From the IMG/VR virus record IMGVR_UViG_3300009782_000011: 33,247 nucleotides of DNA; one strand, given 5' to 3'. Both the position numbers and the translations under genes were made by a program. Numbering within the stretch: position 1 is the stretch's first letter; every line of letters begins with the position of its first letter. The stretch comes from a virus. Shown here piece after piece: positions 16,702-22,733 of this stretch. The notes under the pieces are model-generated. The model saw only the letters and a list, made by a program, of their open reading frames with translations. It had not been told where the DNA came from and did no database searches.

Positions 16702-17559
16702 TTATTTTTTATTAAGCATTAAAGGACAATTTAGAAATTGAAAAAGATATTTTTTCGCAACATCTTGTCCGACTTTAAAAGATTTCAAATTATTTCCAGT
16801 ATACTCATTAAACAAATCAATCAAATCTCTCCAATCTGCTTTTGATGTATTTGCGTTTATAGTAACACCGGCCTCTCTCGCAAGTAAAGCGATTAACTTG
16901 CTCAAATAGTCTGCCCCCTCCTCTGATTTTGGCTGTGCTATTTGCTTTGTGACTGGTGCTTGTAAATTTTGAACTCCCCCAACCTTTACAAACTTTTTAA
17001 TCATCTCGATCGCAACCTTTTCCGGTATTAACTTTCTTTTGGCATTTCTCTCGGCCTTGCTGACTGCTTTCTCCAAAGCAAAGGTGTTTTCATAAGAGCC
17101 ATTGCGACCTTTCTTTTTAAAAGGCTCAAACTTTGCACCGATAGCAGTTTCCCCCGAAATCATATTCTCTGCCATTAAAATCACACTCACTCCAAGCTCT
17201 CCATTTTCCTCGACATTTCTCTCAATCTTTATGCTGTCGGGGACAATGCGAATTTTAATGCCCGAGTCTTTTTTTCTTGTTAACTGACGGCTCATTTCAT
17301 TGACACCGGCAACAGTTAACCCCGTGACTTGTTTTCCTTGTTGGTCGAAAGCGTAGACATAATGTTCCATTGCTTTTCCCATTAGTTCTGCCTCGATTTG
17401 CTCATCATCGGCCAACTCTGACGCGATAACGAACTCTTGTGTTGGATTGGTTGGATTATGAACGACAATATCGCCATTAACAACTTTCTCCTCTTTTTGA
17501 ACTTTCTCCTTTTTAACTTTTTTGACTGCTTTTTTCGCAGTGGTCTTTGTTTTCGCCAT
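16702..17559 (-). CDS. Putative single-strand annealing protein (Rad52/Sak-like?)
   Basis: Adjacent to the exonuclease and ssb genes. FALEKAVSKAERNAKRKLIP resembles the Rad52-family helix (A.K.A.TDA.KRA). The N-terminus is Lys-rich. Confidence 0.4.
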   Translation of the reverse strand: MAKTKTTAKKAVKKVKKEKVQKEEKVVNGDIVVHNPTNPTQEFVIASELADDEQIEAELMGKAMEHYVYAFDQQGKQVTGLTVAGVNEMSRQLTRKKDSGIKIRIVPDSIKIERNVEENGELGVSVILMAENMISGETAIGAKFEPFKKKGRNGSYENTFALEKAVSKAERNAKRKLIPEKVAIEMIKKFVKVGGVQNLQAPVTKQIAQPKSEEGADYLSKLIALLAREAGVTINANTSKADWRDLIDLFNEYTGNNLKSFKVGQDVAKKYLFQFLNCPLMLNKK

Positions 17560-17580
17560 AAAATCAAATTTAATTTTAAG

Positions 17581-17808
17581 TTATTTTTTTAGAACTATAT
17601 TTCTGTTCAATCTCTTTCCCTCTTTCTTGATGAGCCGAATTCTCCCCTTTGCCTCCAAGCTATCAAGAAATTTTTGAGAGGCTGTCGGACTGAACTTAAA
17701 TTGATTGGCTATCTCTTGTCTTGTTGGCGAGTAGCCATTGTCAACAATATAGCCCATAATATAAATGTAGATGTCCTCCTCTCTCGATGTTAGTGGTAGT
17801 TTTATCAT
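17581..17808 (-). CDS. LexA N-terminal DNA-binding-domain-only (winged helix) regulator, 75 aa
   Basis: LTSREEDIYIYIMGYIVDNGYSPTRQEIANQFKFSPTASQKFLDSLEAKGRIRL parallels the LexA DBD (LT.RQ..V..FI...GYPPS.REIA...S...V..HL..LE.KG.I). No S24 peptidase domain is present. Confidence 0.65.
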   Translation of the reverse strand: MIKLPLTSREEDIYIYIMGYIVDNGYSPTRQEIANQFKFSPTASQKFLDSLEAKGRIRLIKKEGKRLNRNIVLKK

Positions 17809-17835
17809 ATTTTTTAATTACTTTATTATGTTATT

Positions 17836-17864
17836 ATTATACACCTTTTTTTTAACCTTTGCAA
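17836..17864 (-). promoter_or_regulatory. Promoter P2: TTGCAA-17-TATAAT
   Basis: Minus strand: AAAGAC TTGCAA AGGTTAAAAAAAAGGTG TATAAT. Shares the upstream AAAGAC and most of the spacer with P1. Confidence 0.7.
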
Positions 17865-17990
17865 GTCTTTCTAATCTCGCTAATTCTTTTGAGTTTTTGA
17901 GCATTTTTAAGGCCCAACAATTCCTTTTCAAACAATAATGCAAAACTTTTCCTGCCGGAATTCTCTCAACCTTTAACTTGCAATAGTAAA

Positions 17991-18338
17991 TCATAAATGT
18001 TTTTTAAGATCGTCATCATTTTCAACCTTATTGTAGAAATCCCCAATATGTAAAATCAAATCCGAACTCGACCTCCAATCCGGCAACATCTCCTCAACGA
18101 TATTGTCTAATTGAGAAAGCAATCCGATTGCCTCTTTTAGCAATTCTCTGTCCTCTGCCATTTCAAAATCTCCGTCATACATTTCCATTGTCCCTTTTGC
18201 AATTCTTTTGCTTGCCTCCTCCTTGATTATCAACAAATCCTCCCGACAACGATTTGCAAACTTTCTCAAAAGTTCTGCCTCCCTCATAAGTAATCCATTG
18301 TCTAAATTCTCTAATTGTTTTTTTGTTGTAAATTCCAT
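17991..18338 (-). CDS. Hypothetical early protein (115 aa, helical, acidic)
   Basis: ORF in the array. Confidence 0.55.
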   Translation of the reverse strand: MEFTTKKQLENLDNGLLMREAELLRKFANRCREDLLIIKEEASKRIAKGTMEMYDGDFEMAEDRELLKEAIGLLSQLDNIVEEMLPDWRSSSDLILHIGDFYNKVENDDDLKKHL

Positions 18339-18348
18339 ACTTGTAAAA

Positions 18349-18834
18349 TTATTTAATTTTTAAATTTTGCACACGAGCAATCAATGCACTCTTTTGATTA
18401 AATTCGATGTCCTTGTAATCAACTATCACATCGACAAATCTCCTAATCATAAAGTCTGCCAAAACTTGATTGTCTTTCATTCTGATTTTTTTCTTGCTAT
18501 TTCTTGCTATTTCTTTTTTTTCAATTTTTAATCGATTGTAGTAGTCCGACCTTTGAGCATAATCGAGAAGTAAATCAATGACCTCATTTCTTTTCTCCTC
18601 GTAATCCCCCTCTTGAAATTTAACCTCCCAATCAAAGACTATTGCCCCATATTTTATTGCTTTGCTTTTATTATTAAAAGCTATCGCCCAAAGCCCATTG
18701 TCATCAACCCAATAAAATTGAAATCCTAACTCCTCGAACTTGTCTGCTGTTAATCTGATTAAACTATCAAGCGAGATGTAATCTCCGAAATCGTAATTGT
18801 CAACGATTTCAATCACTCTTTTTTTTGTAATCAT
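18349..18834 (-). CDS. Hypothetical early protein (161 aa)
   Basis: ORF with the exact AATTTTAAAATT-ATG start context. Confidence 0.6.
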   Translation of the reverse strand: MITKKRVIEIVDNYDFGDYISLDSLIRLTADKFEELGFQFYWVDDNGLWAIAFNNKSKAIKYGAIVFDWEVKFQEGDYEEKRNEVIDLLLDYAQRSDYYNRLKIEKKEIARNSKKKIRMKDNQVLADFMIRRFVDVIVDYKDIEFNQKSALIARVQNLKIK

Positions 18835-18845
18835 AATTTTAAAAT

Positions 18846-19082
18846 TTATTTTATAACCATTATTTTTTTATTGTGTAAAAGAATTGTAATCAATCCCCAA
18901 GCAAAACTGGAGAACTCTTTAATCATCTCAATCTTTAACGCCTCACTCGGAAATTGCACATCTCTTTTTTGCACACAAAGAAAAGAGCAGTATTCTATTT
19001 CTTTTTTTAGGCTTTCGTCTAAAACTATTTGCTTGTATATTTCCTCCATTGCCATTTTTCTTTTTTCTTGTTCTTTTGTCAT
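18846..19082 (-). CDS. Hypothetical early protein (78 aa)
   Basis: ORF in the array. Confidence 0.5.
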   Translation of the reverse strand: MTKEQEKRKMAMEEIYKQIVLDESLKKEIEYCSFLCVQKRDVQFPSEALKIEMIKEFSSFAWGLITILLHNKKIMVIK

Positions 19083-19110
19083 AAATTTATTTTTTTATTA
19101 TTTTTAAAAA

Positions 19111-19329
19111 TTATTTTTTTATTAGCCTGCCCCATTTCAACAAATGACTATTTTGGCAACTTCCGGTGTGCATAAACTCCCCGTCAAATCTTGTGTTATA
19201 AAAGACCCTCTGCTTTGTTTCACTTGATTTGCTTGTCGTGTAATAAATCTCCGGCATTACTCCAACGACCTCCCTTGTATTTCCCAAATCATTGTTTTTT
19301 GCGACAATGTCGCCAACTCGATAAAGCAT
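19111..19329 (-). CDS. Hypothetical early protein (72 aa)
   Basis: ORF in the array. Confidence 0.5.
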   Translation of the reverse strand: MLYRVGDIVAKNNDLGNTREVVGVMPEIYYTTSKSSETKQRVFYNTRFDGEFMHTGSCQNSHLLKWGRLIKK

Positions 19330-19333
19330 AAAT

Positions 19334-19885
19334 CTATTTGTTAATTGTAAAACTATCTCCCAAAATTCGAACTGTTAATCTCTGCACTCCGAATTTCAAT
19401 GCTCTTTCCTTTTCCCAAAGGTTCATCGCTATATCGACCCGATTGGAATAGCGAGAGTTCATTCTGTCCTCAACGACACAAGTCATCTCCCAACCATTAT
19501 CAGCAATGATTTGCAACCTTGTCCCGAAGGGCACGAAATTAGCGGCACAAATATTTTCTCCCTTTGCGACTTTCTCACAAAGATTTTTGTTTGAGGCCCC
19601 GACACAAGGGTCGCCCCAGTTTTGATTTTGGTCGCCCAAGTTATAGGCAGTCACTTCTCGAATTGTTTCACTTTCAATCTTGATGACCTCGACCAACTCT
19701 TGCTTTTCAACTCCGACCTTTTGCTCTGATAATTTTTCAATGTCCCCCTTTAACTTTTCGAAGTTAATCAAGATCGTGATTGATACTCCCAAGATTATCA
19801 GCAGAATTGAAATCAGCTGAATTTTGAAAACTCTTTTTTTTGTTTTCCTTTTTTTTGTGTTGTAAAATCTTTTTTGATTTTTCAT
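19334..19885 (-). CDS. Membrane-anchored 3D-domain (MltA/RlpA-like double-psi beta-barrel) putative peptidoglycan lytic protein
   Basis: N-terminal basic stretch plus TM (IQLISILLIILGVSITILINF). C-terminal: VTAYNLGDQNQ...GENICAANFVPFGTRLQI...CVVEDRMNSRYSNRVDIAM. Confidence 0.65.
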   Translation of the reverse strand: MKNQKRFYNTKKRKTKKRVFKIQLISILLIILGVSITILINFEKLKGDIEKLSEQKVGVEKQELVEVIKIESETIREVTAYNLGDQNQNWGDPCVGASNKNLCEKVAKGENICAANFVPFGTRLQIIADNGWEMTCVVEDRMNSRYSNRVDIAMNLWEKERALKFGVQRLTVRILGDSFTINK

Positions 19886-19894
19886 AAAAATATT

Positions 19895-19990
19895 TTAATT
19901 ATTATCATCGTTGTCCTCCTCCTCGATTGGAGGTAAGTCATCGATGTCTTGATGATTAAGTGGTAAATAGGGATTGATGTTCATAAGCAT
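19895..19990 (-). CDS. 31-aa strongly acidic peptide (MLMNINPYLPLNHQDIDDLPPIEEEDNDDNN)
   Basis: Manual translation. The start lies 4 nt after the upstream stop. Confidence 0.3.
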   Translation of the reverse strand: MLMNINPYLPLNHQDIDDLPPIEEEDNDDNN

Positions 19991-19993
19991 TTT

Positions 19994-20221
19994 TTATTTA
20001 ATTTTTAAGTTAATCTCTTTCAAATACTTTTCTTTATTCTCTTTGTATTTTTCAATATCGATTAGCACGAGGCCTTTTTCTGTTACTTCCAAGATTGCCC
20101 CGTCCGACAATATTCTTTCAATTGCTGTGAATGCTAAACTCCGACCAAAGTTTTGCAAACACTTTCTCTCTATTCTTTTTGCCTCTGATGTTAACCAACT
20201 TCTCACAATGTATTTTTTCAT
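19994..20221 (-). CDS. Hypothetical early protein (75 aa)
   Basis: ORF in the array. Confidence 0.5.
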   Translation of the reverse strand: MKKYIVRSWLTSEAKRIERKCLQNFGRSLAFTAIERILSDGAILEVTEKGLVLIDIEKYKENKEKYLKEINLKIK

Positions 20222-20236
20222 ATTTTTGAAATTATC

Positions 20237-20256
20237 GGGGGAGGGTTAACTCCCCC
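20237..20256 (-). other. Perfect GC hairpin (7-bp stem GGGGGAG/CTCCCCC, 6-nt loop) between the first and second early genes
   Basis: Read directly. A GC block in otherwise AT-rich spacer, with no adjacent U-tract on the coding strand. Confidence 0.6.
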
Positions 20257-20266
20257 AGTTTATAAA

Positions 20267-20560
20267 TTATTTTTTAACTGCTACGATGAAATGTCCACAA
20301 GAGTTGCTGACCTCAATTCCTGCGAATTGGTCGTCCTCGTAACCCTCGAAATAATCACGACCACCACCAACCAACCAAATCCCGACAACTCCCAATGTAT
20401 TTTCGCTGAAATCTCTTTTTTGTGTTTTTGTAAATCCTCCGTCTAAATATCTTGTCCCGTCAATTTGTCCGTCAAAGGCTGAAATTCTTTTGATGTAAAT
20501 GTTATCTCTCTCAATCCCCTCTCTAACTAATTTTTTAAATGTTGCTTTTGTAATTTTCAT
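20267..20560 (-). CDS. First early gene, hypothetical (97 aa)
   Basis: First ORF downstream of promoter P1. Confidence 0.6.
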   Translation of the reverse strand: MKITKATFKKLVREGIERDNIYIKRISAFDGQIDGTRYLDGGFTKTQKRDFSENTLGVVGIWLVGGGRDYFEGYEDDQFAGIEVSNSCGHFIVAVKK

Positions 20561-20596
20561 TTTTTTGTTTTTTAATTTTTAAATCTTTATAACTAT

Positions 20597-20625
20597 ATTA
20601 TAAACCTTTTTATAAACTTTCGCAA
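20597..20625 (-). promoter_or_regulatory. Promoter P1 (early): TTGCGA-17-TATAAT
   Basis: Minus strand: AAAGAC TTGCGA AAGTTTATAAAAAGGTT TATAAT, about 35 nt upstream of the ATG at 20560. Confidence 0.7.
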
Positions 20626-20720
20626 GTCTTTAAAACCCAATAAAATCAATCGTTAGCAGGGCTATTTAAAAAATATTAAAAAATAAATAAAAAAAAGAGC
20701 CAGTTTTTCCACAGCCCCTC

Positions 20721-20750
20721 TAAACACAAAAACACCCCCGAGGGAGTGTC
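20721..20750 (-). terminator. Intrinsic terminator closing the late (lysis) transcription unit
   Basis: Minus strand: ACAC(U)CCC-UCG-GGGGUGU followed by UUUUUGUGUUU. Confidence 0.65.
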
Positions 20751-20840
20751 TTTGCTTATGGCGTGGCCGATTATGAAAATCGGGAGGAGTGGCCCTCAAT
20801 CATAATCCACCAATATAATAAAACCCTCTCGGGATTATTA

Positions 20841-21971
20841 CTAATTTTTTTGCTCGAATTCTCCGTCAATCAATTTTTCCCAGTCAATAGAGCCGTCTGT
20901 TTTCTTTGGCACTTCAATTCCGAAATTAAGGCATAAACTTGTTAATGCCTCCGGCGAAATAGCAGGTTGCCAAATACCAACTGCCGGCCCATTCTTGTCT
21001 TTTAAAATTTTAACATTTGTTTTTATTGTAGACATATTGTTCCAATTATTATTTTTATCAATTAAGGTCCAAGGAGTAAAAACTCCAAAGACATCAAAAT
21101 AGTTTTGTTTTAATTTTTGCCAACCATTGACCCCGATATTTCCCCAAGAATTGATTGGCGAAATAAAAGGCTTTTTGTCTTTATCTAGACCACACTTGCC
21201 ACCAAACAAAGCGTGTTTCCATTGAACTTGCTGACCCTCTTTCGGTGGTTGTGGGTATTCAGAAGTCCAAGTCCCATTGTTAACTCCGTCAACTCCGAAA
21301 TAAGTGCCAAACCCAAGTAACATCTCCCAAGCCATTCTGTTCATCAAATCTTGAAATCCTGTTATGGTCCGATACTCTTTTGATTGCAAGGCCTCTCTGA
21401 TCGCTTTGAGTTCTTTTGTTTCAACAGGCTTGACCAAATACTCTGCCTCGCTGTAAGGATTTCTAACTTCCCCGTAGTCCATTTTTATTTTATGATAACA
21501 AGGCACTAATTCCTCCGTGCCGACACCTCTCTCGCAAGACAATTTTAAAGCGTCCCTCAAATAAGCACCTTGACCACTACCGAGCGAAATGTAGGCATAA
21601 ATATCACGAGGCGAGATTTCAATGTATTTTCCGGTTTCAATGAAATTTAAAACCTCTAAATAATAGCCCAATCCTTGACCCGTGCAAGATGATGACTGCC
21701 CTTGATTTTTTATTGGCAGTTTAAAAGGCTCAATTTGCCTCTCCTTGCATTCTTTGACGATTTCTCTATAACGAGCCACCCCCCAAGCATTTCGACCTCC
21801 TACGCCCCAAAATTCCTCCTCTGACGAGCAACTGGCTCGATAGCCGAGCAACAATTCTATGTCAAAGCCCAACTCCCAATCAAAAGGCCCAACACTTGCG
21901 AAAAGTTTGTCCCTCTCATCGATCGTTGGCTTTCCAAGACCTGTCCCAAATTTTTCCTCTGCTAATTGCAT
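20841..21971 (-). CDS. Papain-like (family C1) cysteine peptidase in the endolysin position
   Basis: All four C1 catalytic landmarks are present in order: KNQGQSSSCTGQG (Gln oxyanion + Cys), WKHALFGG (His), INSWGNIGVNGW (Asn-Ser-Trp). It is the last gene of the late operon, preceded by four small membrane proteins. Confidence 0.7.
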   Translation of the reverse strand: MQLAEEKFGTGLGKPTIDERDKLFASVGPFDWELGFDIELLLGYRASCSSEEEFWGVGGRNAWGVARYREIVKECKERQIEPFKLPIKNQGQSSSCTGQGLGYYLEVLNFIETGKYIEISPRDIYAYISLGSGQGAYLRDALKLSCERGVGTEELVPCYHKIKMDYGEVRNPYSEAEYLVKPVETKELKAIREALQSKEYRTITGFQDLMNRMAWEMLLGFGTYFGVDGVNNGTWTSEYPQPPKEGQQVQWKHALFGGKCGLDKDKKPFISPINSWGNIGVNGWQKLKQNYFDVFGVFTPWTLIDKNNNWNNMSTIKTNVKILKDKNGPAVGIWQPAISPEALTSLCLNFGIEVPKKTDGSIDWEKLIDGEFEQKN

Positions 21972-21976
21972 AAGTA

Positions 21977-22174
21977 TTATTTTATTTTTTTAAAATAGTC
22001 AACGATATTTGCACCCCACACTAATCCCGATATAGTGATGAAAACCGTGCAAAGAGTCACATCTGCCCCTTGTCCTCCGATTGCTCTGATGATTGTTGAA
22101 AATACCAACAACAAAGAGGACACAATAGTCACAAACCACTTCATTGCGTGCTTTCCGTTATTAGCCTCCTGCAT
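21977..22174 (-). CDS. Holin-like 2-TM membrane protein (65 aa)
   Basis: WFVTIVSSLLLVFSTIIRAI and LCTVFITISGLVWGANIV. Lies directly upstream of the peptidase gene. Confidence 0.55.
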   Translation of the reverse strand: MQEANNGKHAMKWFVTIVSSLLLVFSTIIRAIGGQGADVTLCTVFITISGLVWGANIVDYFKKIK

Positions 22175-22181
22175 AGCTTTT

Positions 22182-22301
22182 CTAAGTTAAAATATTTATA
22201 ATTTTATCGAGCCACCCATATTTATGTTGGAGAGTTCCCCCGACCATAACTCCTGCAAGGAAAGTGACTATTGATTGAACGATGATTTGTAATACTTCCA
22301 T
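22182..22301 (-). CDS. 39-aa single-TM peptide
   Basis: Manual translation: MEVLQIIVQSIVTFLAGVMVGGTLQHKYGWLDKIINILT. Confidence 0.4.
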   Translation of the reverse strand: MEVLQIIVQSIVTFLAGVMVGGTLQHKYGWLDKIINILT

Positions 22302-22305
22302 ATTT

Positions 22306-22443
22306 TTAAAAATAAAACTCTTTTATTACTTGCACAAATATATAAAGCCAAAATGCACAAAACGAAATCACCGAGATCGCAATAAAAGAAATCAGCAAAC
22401 CAAAAATAACATTTAAGATTTTAGATATTTTAAGTTTAGCCAT
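22306..22443 (-). CDS. 45-aa single-TM peptide (internal Met of the 60-aa ORF)
   Basis: MAKLKISKILNVIFGLLISFIAISVISFCAFWLYIFVQVIKEFYF. Confidence 0.4.
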   Translation of the reverse strand: MAKLKISKILNVIFGLLISFIAISVISFCAFWLYIFVQVIKEFYF

Positions 22444-22622
22444 TTTGTTAAATAATTTAATAATCCAATTGCAGGGACAATCCACCAAAAACTCAAATCC
22501 TGTAAATAGGCAATCAAAACCAAAACCAAACCATTAAGAGATTGCCACAAATAAGTTTCGAATTTCTTTGATGTTATAAATCCCTTTATTACTGACCAAA
22601 TTTGTTCAAAAAATTTTTTCAT
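22413..22622 (-). CDS. Holin-like membrane protein (69 aa)
   Basis: Two hydrophobic helices (LNGLVLVLIAYL, WWIVPAIGLLNYL). First gene after the fibre gene. Confidence 0.5.
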   Translation of the reverse strand: MKKFFEQIWSVIKGFITSKKFETYLWQSLNGLVLVLIAYLQDLSFWWIVPAIGLLNYLTKWLNLKYLKS

Positions 22623-22671
22623 ATGTTTGTATTAAGTTATAATATTAAGTTATATTATTATATTAACATTT

Positions 22672-22717
22672 TTGACAATACCCTCTTGACATTTATGTTA
22701 AGACCCTATTGACATTT
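22672..22717. repeat. Direct repeats carrying three TTGACA hexamers: CCCT(C/A)TTGACATTT at 22681-22694 and 22704-22717, plus TTGACA at 22672-22677
   Basis: Read directly, in the 111-nt spacer between the fibre gene and the lysis cassette. Confidence 0.7.
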
Positions 22718-22733
22718 TTGTATATACCCCCAC

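Noticed and set aside
18491-18510. Tandem 10-bp duplication ttcttgctat x2, considered as a possible CRISPR- or iteron-like repeat.
   Set aside because: There are only two copies, inside a CDS (encoding ...EIARNSKK...), with no spacers. It looks like a trivial in-frame micro-duplication.
20681-20720. A second intrinsic terminator at GGCUCUUUUUUUU downstream of the main late terminator.
   Set aside because: Only a 4-bp stem (AGAG/CUCU) or wobble-rich stem can be drawn before the U-run. The T-run is more likely part of the A/T-rich spacer or an UP-like region of P1.
20758-20805. A 15-codon plus-strand ORF (MAWPIMKIGRSGPQS) in the large intergenic region.
   Set aside because: It is too short, on the opposite strand to every other gene, and has no start context. 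The GC-rich sequence is better explained as a structural or regulatory element.
22672-22714. Three TTGACA hexamers as plus-strand (antisense) promoters.
   Set aside because: No -10-like hexamer lies 16-18 nt downstream of any of them. The nearest TATAAC is 20 nt away and the others are followed by ATGTTA or a further TTGACA. They are treated as direct repeats or binding sites instead.
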